Shown: positions 29,601 through 38,813 of the stretch, one piece after another
Layout: every line of letters starts with the position of its first letter
Position numbering within the stretch: position 1 is the first letter of the stretch
The notes under the pieces: model-generated
What the model saw: the letters and a program-made list of their open reading frames with translations, nothing else
The model's database searches: none
Told to the model about the DNA's origin: nothing
Program-made: the position numbers and the translations under genes
IMG/VR virus record: IMGVR_UViG_3300047200_000271
Span: 1-57,378 of that record
Origin: a virus
Lineage: Duplodnaviria > Caudoviricetes
Direction: 5' to 3' (one strand)
Length of the DNA: 57,378 nucleotides

Positions 29601-30966
29601 TGTATGTATAAGATGGAACTACTTTGTCTTTGGAAGTTATAATGTCTGTTCCTTTATCGAGAAGTAACGCTTTTGTGCCACCTCCGTATCCGAGTATGGT
29701 TCCAGCACCTCCATACCATTGACTTGACGTAACTGTTTTGACTGTAGGACTACCACCTGAAGTCCAATAAACTGCACTTGGAACTGATCCAGCAGTATCA
29801 CTTTCAAACGTGTAACCAGTTGTTGTAACCGTATTAGTTATTAATTCTGCATCACCAGCGTTGAAAAATGTAGCAGTAGTTGTAGGAGATCCAGTAGTTG
29901 CTGGCGTAAGAAGTGCACCAGTCGGAGCTACCGATATAGCCATTGTAGTAGTTGTTAGTGTTCTAACGTAGTAAGTTACACCAGCCGTAATGTTAGTTGG
30001 CAATGAACCAGTCGTTGAGAATACAACCGTAGAGCCAACAGCAACATATGTTGTTACGTCTGTAGCGCAGTTAACAGGTGTTGGACCTGACGTTGCAAAA
30101 GTGACTACAGAAGTAGCAACTGAACTAGATGTAAACGCTGGATCAAATCCTGTAGACAAAGCGTTGTCGATACCGCGAAGTGAGTATGCGTTATATGTAG
30201 CAGATGTGGTTGGTGTAAGAGCCGCTCCACCAGACGTTGCACTAACTGAAAAGGATGATCCAGATAGACCAGTTGCTCTCACATAGTAAACAGTATTAGG
30301 CAGTAATACAGTATCAACTGATGCTACAAATACGATTGGCTCATTAGCTACAAAAGTATTTGTTGAAGTAATTGTTGAGCTTGCTGCCGCAAATGTCACA
30401 GATGTTGCTACTTGGGCGATAGGTCTTATAGCAGATGTTAATGGAGTTGCTTTTGGAGTTATAAGATCTGTTCCGTTTTTATATGGCGGTTTAATTCCTG
30501 GGATAACGTCAAGGGTTGTTCCATCTGTGCGGAATACGTTTCCACCACCTTCACCAGGCACACCGTAAACATACTTACCAAACTGAACCATGCGAACTTT
30601 TGCTGGGTCAGCAGTTACAGTGCCAAGTAAAGTTGTACTAGTTCCACCGGTTACAAACTTACGGATGTTAGCGGTCGTGCCACCAGCTGTGCCTTCAGCA
30701 TAGATAATGAAGTTACTAGAGTTATCAGCCTGTCGATATGCAACAGGCTCATAACTAGATGTAAGGCCAGACAGGGATGTAAGCTGTGCTTGCCAACCTG
30801 GGCGCGTAACTAAAGCCCCGCCATCATTCCATAGATTGACTGCATCCTGGAGATATCCATCCTCTAGGTTGTTAGGTTGAAGGTTTGTGTTGATGCCAAC
30901 AAAACGCCTATCACCAAACGTGTATGTTTGATTGACTACGTTTGCGCTACGTGTATTATCTGCCAT
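26686..30966 (-). CDS. Tail nozzle / DNA-stabilisation protein (P22 gp10 / T7 gp12-like) with large insertions
   Basis: N-terminal F.GINT..QP..L....LQDAVN....GALVTRPG; propeller-like HQKRLWV, GCVAPRA, VYVYDTRTNGW; position before the ejection genes. Confidence 0.65.
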   Translation of the reverse strand: MADNTRSANVVNQTYTFGDRRFVGINTNLQPNNLEDGYLQDAVNLWNDGGALVTRPGWQAQLTSLSGLTSSYEPVAYRQADNSSNFIIYAEGTAGGTTANIRKFVTGGTSTTLLGTVTADPAKVRMVQFGKYVYGVPGEGGGNVFRTDGTTLDVIPGIKPPYKNGTDLITPKATPLTSAIRPIAQVATSVTFAAASSTITSTNTFVANEPIVFVASVDTVLLPNTVYYVRATGLSGSSFSVSATSGGAALTPTTSATYNAYSLRGIDNALSTGFDPAFTSSSVATSVVTFATSGPTPVNCATDVTTYVAVGSTVVFSTTGSLPTNITAGVTYYVRTLTTTTMAISVAPTGALLTPATTGSPTTTATFFNAGDAELITNTVTTTGYTFESDTAGSVPSAVYWTSGGSPTVKTVTSSQWYGGAGTILGYGGGTKALLLDKGTDIITSKDKVVPSYTYNGETKKAALFVFKCVMFNNDSMTAPRNQSVRITVTGKDSSGTAITGAVFTQNISPVVATSTNDWKAVSVVVDFRAWTSSIGKVSISLAVGNPAQTTGSDQGIFADNICFYSIVDHVVPDLQNALDGQSLVSIRAKQVNTSVSPLAAGYIKGTSLRFSNLNKVDFSKEDTISLRMDFPTAIKTNIPYLSLGLLNTGATAPEWTGYGVYDPDKGYMTWKIYGISQVKRNNIQYMYLRCETEYSDVINNSILFSVGELVSNGNLTPETDYEYAFTRWYSSDQTNLRPPTYHEGTTYQTGLETLPSNASNSIHTTAAYSKASVVINPQVDPASDLQWDTYPLVISASPSEFVTDTIPAANQLSVISTSTGTLTYTDSTGTAGRTVVLTANVPATLSFAIKNVTAFTGTTAVWLRHNPTYASASTYKYSHVLVYRRANGVFPDGRFRLIAVVPISASSSGTNWTSTATSVTTSGTWNEITFFDNVPDGDLFYEAGPYDQGQFFEAGRDQIPNGCTSLAIHQKRLWVSKGNTVYGSWVLNYGNEYSLYTTLVPDATDPSHDSKGTSFTLSSKSDNEKIVTLLSYSGDQMFFNNSSSAAMLVVRERSVYPLLGWDPNTFTIQSMITEASTGCVAPRAALSVFGQLMWQSPIGVVEFTNGNIVPRSIELRKMLSLDKATGAPDLTASAYRGISYAVHNARLFVFAPGVGDSVNTYVYVYDTRTNGWTRWRTIPTTSTYGTAPTSFQGFTGGVSMSFGNDQADFYALGTNGQIYKLSGNVDMQTTTTTNPIYWSLTTRQYGQTYSEGIAYYNQNRVSQLDCHMFTGAGISGLTGSTSYVGPVITATNTFNANDLVLLSVNIVTNVVVNTYYLISSATGSSFTVKNLDGSAISSSVTGTGIAAAHGFAFNWAIQDETSTNKHGTGTWFIPINFNRTFGIRSVNRSTLATVMQLNLYGWSNTPNRIYSSHIHCADARIARSL

Positions 30967-33479
30967 TAGTCACAAGATCCTCTTCTCCATTGTAGTACAA
31001 GAGTCTCGCTGCTTTTGAATGCATTGCTCAGTGTAAATGTAGGAGTAAATGTCGATGTCAATGTCTGCCACGTAACATAGGTGTTTACTAGTGAAGATGA
31101 CGGATTCCATGACGTTGATAACGTACCATCGTTTTCAAAAGTATATACCGATGTTGGTGGATAACTAAACGCCACAGCATTTGGCTGTGAGTATGTGTAC
31201 GTTGTAGTAAGCGTAGCCGCCACGTTATACAACGGCATCAGTGTAGTGTTGTACGTCCACAGTGAACCGTGCGATGAAGTAGCAAGTGCCAGGTCGTAGA
31301 AACGAAATACAGGTATCGTAAATGGGAATGGCAGTTGCTGTACTGTTACGCAACTTTGCTGATCCTTAATCCATCCACAAGACCAGTCGTATATGTTCTG
31401 CCACGGTGGACATATACATAACCGACTACCATTAGCAGAAATAGTCGATGTGCCAACAATAGAACTTGATAAGCCTAGCCCTGTTACCGCAGCAGTAACA
31501 GTTGCATTAGCAGACGTATTAACTGCAAGGAATTGAGCTGAAGTAGCCGAAGATTCTAATGTAGCAAAACCTGACTGCAATGACGTTACAGATATAACTG
31601 CGTTTGTCGTAGCCGTCGTGGCGTTGCCTGAAATCGATGACTGGACAGTTCTTAGTAAAGTACTAGATAATGTCGCATTACCACTTGTCAACGAAGCGGA
31701 AGGACGCTCTACACTTGCAGAGACAGTTGCTTGACCAGAAAGTGAACTACTTGCACCTAACGAACGAATCGCTTCTGTTGTTGCAAATCCAGAAGTAGTC
31801 GTAGTAACTGGGCGTGTTACGTTAGATGTAACTGTCGCATTAGCAAAAAGTTGAGATGATACATCTTGAGATATAGACGATTGAACTGTAGCAAACCCAC
31901 TAGTGTCAGTAGTTTTTAGCAGTGTTATGTTTGCAGTTAAAGTTGCAAATCCAGATGCATTAATTGCAGCTGATCCAACAGGAGTAGTAGTGACTGTGGC
32001 AAAACCACTAGTGGTTGCTGTAGAAGGTCTTTGTATTGCCGATGTTAGAGTAGCAAAACCTGACGTACCTACACTTGTTGATATCGATACACTACTTGAT
32101 AACGTTGACGTTGTAGACGCAGTTATCGAAACAGGCAACTCCACAATAGAAGTGACAGATGCATTTGCCGACGTTACAGTTGTACTTTGCCTTTGAGCAT
32201 CCGCTGTCAGTTGTGCAAAACCAGATGTACTTGTAGTTTTGTTTTGTTGTGCAGCTACAGTTACTGTTGCAAATGCAGATGTTGTAAAGGCAGCGTTTCT
32301 CTCAGCAGACGATGAGAGAGTTGCGTATGCAGATGTAGTATCTGTGACCACATATGAAACAGAACTGGAAAACGTTGCGTTGCTAGATGTAGACGCAGAG
32401 ACTAACTGGACTGCATTACTGGTTGCCGTAGCAAACGCAGACGTTCCTGTTGATACCGATTGTGATGCCGAACTAGTAAATTCAGCCCTACTACTAGTAT
32501 CAGTAACTGCATTTCTAATAGCGTCAGTAGTTAAAGTAGCGTTAGACGTGCTTGTTACAGAAGCTGAAGTTGACGCTGTATTAGATACTGTTGCAAAGCC
32601 AGATGTCGTTGTTGTTGAAGGTCTTGTTACGCTACTAGAAGCTGTTGCATTACTGCTAGTGTTAACCAATGCATTCTGTACAGCATTGCTTGCAACTGTT
32701 GCACTGGACGATGTTGTTACACTGCCAAATACAGTCGCAGTGCTAGATAAAGTAGCCTGACTAGATCCCGATGTTGAAATAAACTGAGTTGCGCTACTAT
32801 CTAAAGTAGACTCAGTAGACATTGAACTTGATGCAGCTAGGTTTGTTTCCGATGATGCAACTAATTCAGCATATCCAGATGCCGATGACTGTAAGGAATA
32901 CCTAACAGACGCAGACAACGTAGCGTTACCACTAGTAGACGCACTAATAAACTGAGATGCATTACTAGTAAATAATGCACTAGCAGACGTATCACTTTCG
33001 GCATCTGAATTAACTGAAGCAGAAGATGTAAACGTAGCATTGCCAGATTGTAATGACGCTACGGAATAAATAGCTGACGATGAAAAAGCGGCTCTACTAC
33101 TGGTTGATGTAGATGATAAGTAAGATGCCCCTGATGTAACCGTTGCAAAACCAGAAGCGTTGGTTACTACAGGTCGAACTGCATTTGCAGTAAACGTAGC
33201 AAAACCTAAAGCGGATGGAATAGATGAAACTACATCTAATCCAGACGAAACAGTGGCTGTTGCACGAGATGAAACACTAAACGCAACAGAAATTGTCGGG
33301 GTGACCGACATTGTTGCCTTTGCGCTTTTAGATGTATATACACCTATTACAGCACTGGAAGTAGCTGTAGCAAAACCCGAAAGGCTGGATGCATTTGTGA
33401 CTGGCAATCCGCCAATCGGTGCACCCAGCCTTGCCGCTACAAAGGCTATACCTATATAGCCAAGCGGTATGATCGGCAT
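30966..33479 (-). CDS. Ser/Thr/Ala-rich ~18-aa repeat virion protein (837 aa)
   Basis: Repeating SG(F/N)AT(V/L)(T/S)S unit over ~700 aa; non-repeat Cys/Trp-containing C-terminus. Confidence 0.75.
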   Translation of the reverse strand: MPIIPLGYIGIAFVAARLGAPIGGLPVTNASSLSGFATATSSAVIGVYTSKSAKATMSVTPTISVAFSVSSRATATVSSGLDVVSSIPSALGFATFTANAVRPVVTNASGFATVTSGASYLSSTSTSSRAAFSSSAIYSVASLQSGNATFTSSASVNSDAESDTSASALFTSNASQFISASTSGNATLSASVRYSLQSSASGYAELVASSETNLAASSSMSTESTLDSSATQFISTSGSSQATLSSTATVFGSVTTSSSATVASNAVQNALVNTSSNATASSSVTRPSTTTTSGFATVSNTASTSASVTSTSNATLTTDAIRNAVTDTSSRAEFTSSASQSVSTGTSAFATATSNAVQLVSASTSSNATFSSSVSYVVTDTTSAYATLSSSAERNAAFTTSAFATVTVAAQQNKTTSTSGFAQLTADAQRQSTTVTSANASVTSIVELPVSITASTTSTLSSSVSISTSVGTSGFATLTSAIQRPSTATTSGFATVTTTPVGSAAINASGFATLTANITLLKTTDTSGFATVQSSISQDVSSQLFANATVTSNVTRPVTTTTSGFATTEAIRSLGASSSLSGQATVSASVERPSASLTSGNATLSSTLLRTVQSSISGNATTATTNAVISVTSLQSGFATLESSATSAQFLAVNTSANATVTAAVTGLGLSSSIVGTSTISANGSRLCICPPWQNIYDWSCGWIKDQQSCVTVQQLPFPFTIPVFRFYDLALATSSHGSLWTYNTTLMPLYNVAATLTTTYTYSQPNAVAFSYPPTSVYTFENDGTLSTSWNPSSSLVNTYVTWQTLTSTFTPTFTLSNAFKSSETLVLQWRRGSCD

Positions 33480-33946
33480 TATTCGAGGCTTATGGTTATG
33501 TTGTTAGCAGCAAATGTAATTGTCTGTCCGTTACCGAGTGTTACACTACCGCCAGTAATATCTCCATAATAGAGAATTGTTGCATCGCTTGACGCAGCAC
33601 CACTGATAGTTGCTGATGTACAGACTGCAATACCAGCAATAGTAATTGTGCCGCTTGCTGTAAATGTGACAGCATTACAGTTACTTAAGCCAGCGCTACC
33701 AGCAGTCGCAGCCGTAGCCGCAACGCCACCAACGCCAAAGCATTGTGATGTTGTAGCAGTCATTGTGATTCTTGTAGTGTAACCAGCACCAGATGCATTC
33801 TCCGCTAGAGATCCATCAGCTGTTACGTTAGTCATCAAAGCAATGTATAAAGTTGCTCCACCAGTTGCAGTCCTAGCCGTTCCACGCAGTGTTGTGTTTA
33901 GCAACTCTGCCTCTAGGTTGTTTGTCATAGCCGTTGTTGTTGGCAT
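33479..33946 (-). CDS. Tail fibre/filament subunit-like protein (155 aa)
   Basis: TNNLE.ELLN, LYIALMT, GY.R, VTF and ILYYG motifs of a widespread small phage fibre family. Confidence 0.6.
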   Translation of the reverse strand: MPTTTAMTNNLEAELLNTTLRGTARTATGGATLYIALMTNVTADGSLAENASGAGYTTRITMTATTSQCFGVGGVAATAATAGSAGLSNCNAVTFTASGTITIAGIAVCTSATISGAASSDATILYYGDITGGSVTLGNGQTITFAANNITISLE

Positions 33947-33949
33947 TTC

Positions 33950-34789
33950 TTATCCCACCTTTGTAATTGGATAGGCCCCTGAGCTAGTTACAATAGCCAT
34001 TGACCAGATTATGGTTGTATCTGCTTCATCATATACGTTCACTGCCGTACCACTAGATGCATCAACCTTATTACGTAGTATACGCAATGCGTTCCTCACA
34101 GTTCTTTCATTCGCCGTTGTAGACGTTTCATTACCGGAACTATCGAGCTTCCTTGCAAGTATCGCATCAGCAATTGCACCTAAAGCTGATGATGCTAACT
34201 CAGAACTTGTAATCGCACCCGTGGCTATAGCAGTAGAGTCAATAGCCCCAGAAGCAAATGAAGATGATGTAATTCCGCCTGTACCAACAGATCCTACGGA
34301 ACCAGATACAGACGTTATTTGTTGTGATGTAGCAATAGTTGTTGCTGTTAATCCAACTGTAGTTGTTGGAGATCCAACGTTTGCCCAGTCTAATCCAGCC
34401 TCACCACCAGTACTTACGTCAAGAGTACGACCAGGTGATGTTGAGTATAAGTAAGCCTGGTTGCGAAGTGTAAATCGACCAACACATGAACCAACCACGC
34501 TAACGGTATCTACAGTTCCTGTTGTTATAACGCACTCAAAAGTGCCACCGTTTGCATAGAAAGTACCATCGGTTGATGTGTCGATCCTGACATGATTAAG
34601 CCCAGTTACCGAATCAAAGTCAGCAGTGAGAGTTACACCAGTAGTGCTTTGAGTGGTGCTGTTATCTTTATATACCGAGATAACAGGTGACCCAGCAAAC
34701 GTAAACGTTGCACCAGATGATGGGCGAAACGTAGTGAATTTAAAATCGATGATTCCACCAGCTGCGTAATCACCAAGGTATTTACTCAT
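33950..34789 (-). CDS. Tail fibre stalk protein 2 (279 aa)
   Basis: C-terminal domain paralogous to that of 36125-37345. Confidence 0.65.
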   Translation of the reverse strand: MSKYLGDYAAGGIIDFKFTTFRPSSGATFTFAGSPVISVYKDNSTTQSTTGVTLTADFDSVTGLNHVRIDTSTDGTFYANGGTFECVITTGTVDTVSVVGSCVGRFTLRNQAYLYSTSPGRTLDVSTGGEAGLDWANVGSPTTTVGLTATTIATSQQITSVSGSVGSVGTGGITSSSFASGAIDSTAIATGAITSSELASSALGAIADAILARKLDSSGNETSTTANERTVRNALRILRNKVDASSGTAVNVYDEADTTIIWSMAIVTSSGAYPITKVG

Positions 34790-35904
34790 CCTACGTAACC
34801 TCCAAGAGGGTTGGCTGCAACTCCTGATGTGTACAGTGTAGTCTGCTCTGATGCACCAATAGATGGTGGGTTTGGACGAGTAGTACTATGAACGTCATTT
34901 GTCGGCGCACCTGTAGCAGTACCATCACCGTTAAGGACATTGGCAACGTATGGCATATACCAAGGCATTCTAGGAGTGTAGTCAAACAGGAATGACATAC
35001 CCATATCAATATTCAGGTTACCAACCAGGTTTGTGTTATTACCGTTAGTTGCTATGTTAGTCGTTGGTGTCGAACACATTGCAAACCTGTTGTAATCTTC
35101 TGTAACTTGACCAGTTGTTCCAGCCGATATACCAGTGGCACAAAGATAGAACAAAGAATTTGTAACAGTAACGCCGTTTGTAGCGTAGCGCCCAGCAGCA
35201 ACGGCAATACCGGTAGGTGCAGTCATAGTGCAGTTTGTAATTGTTACGCCAGATGCTACACGAAGTGTCCCTGTACCAGTGCCGACAAAAATTGCACGTT
35301 GTTGCATAGAGTGCAAAACACAATTTTCTATGGCTAGATTTAAAGACCAATCACTACCACCACCAAAGTTTGGAGCAATGAGTAAGCAGTCTTGAATGGT
35401 GTGAATAATACAACGTCTAATATTGCACCCTAACGCAACACTAGCACCAGATGAGAGAGCTATTGTTCCCTGGCTACCATTGATTAGTACACAATCTTCA
35501 ACGTCAATATTGATTGATCCAGAGTTGATGTCAATACACCGAGAAGCATTTTCCATCCTGATTCCACGAATAGTGATGTTGTCTCTGGAGTTCATGCTTA
35601 ATAGGCTTACGCCAGACCCTGCCGCATCATCAGAGGTTAGATAACCTGACCACCTAACTTCACCCTTCGTTCCAAAAATAGCACCATCGTAATCACCAAT
35701 TACAAAAGCGCGTGTAGTAGGCGATGTGTTTAGTGCTGTAACTGTTTCACGATATACACCTGGTTCAACATACACAGTGTCACCACTAGTGAAACCCGTT
35801 GTTGAAAAGGCCTTGGTAAAAGTAGCCCAGGCTGTAGTTGTACTAGTACCCGCAGCTGAATCACTACCTCCGTTTGCAGGAGTCCTTACGTAGTACGTAG
35901 CCAT
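34786..35904 (-). CDS. Right-handed parallel beta-helix protein (pectin-lyase-like receptor-binding protein/depolymerase)
   Basis: MATYYV...GSD...GTS...WATFTKA, GDTVYV.PGVYRE, repeated I.NC rungs; start moved to ATG 35904 (TAATG). Confidence 0.75.
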   Translation of the reverse strand: MATYYVRTPANGGSDSAAGTSTTTAWATFTKAFSTTGFTSGDTVYVEPGVYRETVTALNTSPTTRAFVIGDYDGAIFGTKGEVRWSGYLTSDDAAGSGVSLLSMNSRDNITIRGIRMENASRCIDINSGSINIDVEDCVLINGSQGTIALSSGASVALGCNIRRCIIHTIQDCLLIAPNFGGGSDWSLNLAIENCVLHSMQQRAIFVGTGTGTLRVASGVTITNCTMTAPTGIAVAAGRYATNGVTVTNSLFYLCATGISAGTTGQVTEDYNRFAMCSTPTTNIATNGNNTNLVGNLNIDMGMSFLFDYTPRMPWYMPYVANVLNGDGTATGAPTNDVHSTTRPNPPSIGASEQTTLYTSGVAANPLGGYVG

Positions 35905-36125
35905 TAAGGAGTCACTTCGTCTTTTATGTAGGTAATGAACATACCCAAGATGTCGAGTTGAAAGTCTTCCGTCTGACTGTTCCACCAGCCATTAATATCT
36001 GTTCCATCTGGCCCAAAGTCAGCAACCTTGTTGCCTTCCGTGTCATACACGTCTGCCTTAATAATCCAGTTTGGGACAGGAGATGTTACACGAATGTATT
36101 CAACATTTTTTAAAACAGTTGTCAT
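35904..36125 (-). CDS. Small hypothetical tail-cassette protein (73 aa)
   Basis: TAATG-coupled on both sides. Confidence 0.7.
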   Translation of the reverse strand: MTTVLKNVEYIRVTSPVPNWIIKADVYDTEGNKVADFGPDGTDINGWWNSQTEDFQLDILGMFITYIKDEVTP

Positions 36126-37345
36126 TATGCACCTCCTGTAGGATCAACCGTTACATCTGACGTGTTACTTACTGTTCCACTCCATGCAATGGTTGAATCA
36201 TCCTCTTTGTATACAGTCATAGTACCAGTGGCTACAGATACTTTATTACGCATTGCTCGCATAGCAGATCGCACAGTTCGTTCGTCTAGTGTGTCCGTTC
36301 CATTACCAGTACTGTCTAACTTTCTATTAAGTATAGCGTCCGCTATTTGTATTGCAGTTGGGGCAGTTCCTGTTGCACTAGAATTTAACGCCTCACCTGT
36401 TGTGCCAGCAGTTAAGTGACCTGACAAAACCTCATCCCATACTGCATCTGCGATGGCAACAGCAGTAGGAGGCGCGGTTGCTAACGAATAGCCAGTCTTA
36501 TCACCGTTGCCAGTTATAGTCCTGGTTGTTGCTGACCAAACATCCGTGGCTACTAGCGTTGAACGTGAAGTAACAGTAGCGTTCAAGTTGTCTACCAGTA
36601 GTTTCCCGACAGAGTTTAATACGGTAAGGTTAGACGTTAATCGATCCCATATTGACTGAATAGCAGCAGCACCTAATGCACTAGTTACTGAACCAACGCT
36701 TCCAGTTGTACTGAATGTTTGTGAAGCAGTTAACGAATAGGCTCCCTTATCGTTGTTTGTGCCTACCGTTACAGCACCTGTGGACAAGGATAACTGACCT
36801 GTTCCAGTACCCGGAGAAAGCAATACAGATGCACCAATGTCACGAGCTGTCTGTGCAGTGCCGTTAATCTGCAATGTATTGACAGCACCACCCGCAGCAA
36901 CTGATAACGGAACACCATTAATTGCGCCAGCAACAGCGTTGGGAAGTGAGGTCAACCCCATTCGTACGCCGTCAAATACATCAACTGCTACAACTTCAAT
37001 CTCAAGCACAACGGGAGCCATGTTAGTTGCTCCCTTAAAATAGATGACAGTTATACCAGCGGTATCTAACGCAGCATTAGGTATGTCAAATCTATAGAGG
37101 CCTGGCATATTCGTGGCATCTACTTCTTTAAACCCACCTGTTGACCATGCTGTTGTAATTAACGCAAGAGTAGCCAGTGTTACTGATGTTGCAGCGCCTA
37201 ACGCGCCTTTACGGTAATAGCAGGTTAATCCAGCTGAGTTAAATACTAATCCAGTTAAACCAGCTCCAACTGTACTTGATGAGTTCAACACAAAGATATC
37301 TATGGTCTGAGAAGTTGAGCCAGATTTAATCCATCGTTTACTCAT
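36125..37345 (-). CDS. Tail fibre stalk protein 1 (406 aa)
   Basis: EVDATNMPGLYRFDIP N-domain, IADAVWDE repeats, C-domain shared with 33950-34789. Confidence 0.65.
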   Translation of the reverse strand: MSKRWIKSGSTSQTIDIFVLNSSSTVGAGLTGLVFNSAGLTCYYRKGALGAATSVTLATLALITTAWSTGGFKEVDATNMPGLYRFDIPNAALDTAGITVIYFKGATNMAPVVLEIEVVAVDVFDGVRMGLTSLPNAVAGAINGVPLSVAAGGAVNTLQINGTAQTARDIGASVLLSPGTGTGQLSLSTGAVTVGTNNDKGAYSLTASQTFSTTGSVGSVTSALGAAAIQSIWDRLTSNLTVLNSVGKLLVDNLNATVTSRSTLVATDVWSATTRTITGNGDKTGYSLATAPPTAVAIADAVWDEVLSGHLTAGTTGEALNSSATGTAPTAIQIADAILNRKLDSTGNGTDTLDERTVRSAMRAMRNKVSVATGTMTVYKEDDSTIAWSGTVSNTSDVTVDPTGGA

Positions 37346-37346
37346 G

Positions 37347-38486
37347 TTAGCCTCTCATTCCGCCAGTCATTCCCGGATGAACTAACATGCCGCCAGTTGC
37401 TCCACCTGCATCTAAACCTGTAATAATCGCTTGCATTGCAAAAAGTCGGTTAGTGTTTTCAGTCCATGCACCAGCGTTGGTTCTTTCAGTGTACTGAATG
37501 TCAGTAGCAGTTCCAATTACGGCAGTTTTATCTCCATCAGTTCTAAATGTAAAATATTGTAATGGACCCATTGCAGTAGTAGTCGCTGGCCTTACCACAA
37601 GCCTGTAATAAGATCCTGCGGTAAGAGTAGGTAATGTAGTGCCAGTAAACATACAATCTATTGCTCCTTGAGCAGATAAATTCCCAAAACTTTGGTCGTA
37701 TGTATATGAGGCTAACACCGTTGTACCGTTAGTATCGTATAAGATTACGTCAAAATCAGTAGCTGGCAATGTGCCAATTCTTGCACCGGCTACTTGGTAA
37801 AAACCACACGTTCCAGTTGGAATTCTGAAATACATTCCGTATTCATCTGGAGTACTACTACTACTATTGTTTAAAGAAACAACAGTTTCATATGGATATC
37901 CGAAGGTTTTTGTTGATGATCTGTACAGAAACGTAGGTAAATCAACATCGTTATCAGCGTATGACGCGCCTGTCATTCCAACTGAATAAGGAAATCTAAT
38001 ATCTGGATAAGCTGAGTTGAATCCTGTGCGTATACTTAACAAATTTCCAGTTGTCCAAGTGCCACTTACTGGATCCATTACAATACCAAATCTAGTACCA
38101 CGGGTAATTACTACTGATGTTGTTAGTGTTGCAATAAGATTTTGACCTGCGGTTATACCTGAAGTAGCATTGAAGTCTTGATAGGCTGTTCCAGCTGCAC
38201 CACTAAACGTTCCATTTGCAAATGTAGGTGGCGAAGTTGTAGGAAAACCCGTAGTCGCATCTACGTAACATATTCCAAAACGCAAACCTGACGTTGCGTT
38301 TCCCGGCGATCCAGTCCTAGATACAATGTATGCTCCTACAGCCGTTATAGTCATATCTTCAGCTGCTTGGCAAATCCAACCCTGTACGTCACCAGTGCCA
38401 TCTATATTGGCTGTTGCCTCTGCAATTATGCCAGTGTGAGGCATGATGACTTTTGGGTATAGAAAGTCTATTTCTACTATAGCCAA
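37347..38486 (-). CDS. Putative receptor-binding virion protein (two beta-sandwich domains)
   Basis: Beta-rich with internal twofold similarity; ends GGMLVHPGMTGGMRG; TTG start abuts the holin stop. Confidence 0.55.
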   Translation of the reverse strand: MAIVEIDFLYPKVIMPHTGIIAEATANIDGTGDVQGWICQAAEDMTITAVGAYIVSRTGSPGNATSGLRFGICYVDATTGFPTTSPPTFANGTFSGAAGTAYQDFNATSGITAGQNLIATLTTSVVITRGTRFGIVMDPVSGTWTTGNLLSIRTGFNSAYPDIRFPYSVGMTGASYADNDVDLPTFLYRSSTKTFGYPYETVVSLNNSSSSTPDEYGMYFRIPTGTCGFYQVAGARIGTLPATDFDVILYDTNGTTVLASYTYDQSFGNLSAQGAIDCMFTGTTLPTLTAGSYYRLVVRPATTTAMGPLQYFTFRTDGDKTAVIGTATDIQYTERTNAGAWTENTNRLFAMQAIITGLDAGGATGGMLVHPGMTGGMRG

Positions 38487-38771
38487 TTACTCACTAACCT
38501 TCTTAAGAGCTTTCTCAATAAGGATATTAAAAGCTTGAACAGTTCTAAGCCCAAGTGTGCCAAGCAGAAAGGATAAGCCAATCATCTGATGTGGCTGCTC
38601 CCATCCAATTTGTTTAGCAACCATAGGAGTCAAGTAAATTGCAGACGCAGTACCAGACAACACTGTAATAGCCCCCTGGATTACATTCTTAATCTTCTTC
38701 CAATCAGTGCCAATTAAAGCACCGACGAAACCAGCAAGTAAAGTGTTTACATCAATCTGCAATTTATCCAT
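38487..38771 (-). CDS. Holin (putative)
   Basis: ~94 aa with 2-3 hydrophobic segments (LLAGFVGALIG; AITVLSGTASAIYLTP; IGLSFLLGTLGL) and a basic C-terminus. Confidence 0.7.
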   Translation of the reverse strand: MDKLQIDVNTLLAGFVGALIGTDWKKIKNVIQGAITVLSGTASAIYLTPMVAKQIGWEQPHQMIGLSFLLGTLGLRTVQAFNILIEKALKKVSE

Positions 38772-38813
38772 CGGTCTACCCTGTCGCTCCATTGATTTGA
38801 TTACCCTTTAGTT

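Noticed and set aside
30966-33479. Classical tail tape-measure protein
   Set aside because: Repeats are beta-patterned Ser/Thr/Ala rather than helical, and no tail tube or chaperone genes were recognised
31903-34454. Long plus-strand ORFs opposite the tail genes (e.g. 32239-32760, 34011-34454)
   Set aside because: Antisense shadows caused by biased Ser/Thr/Ala codons; no start signals
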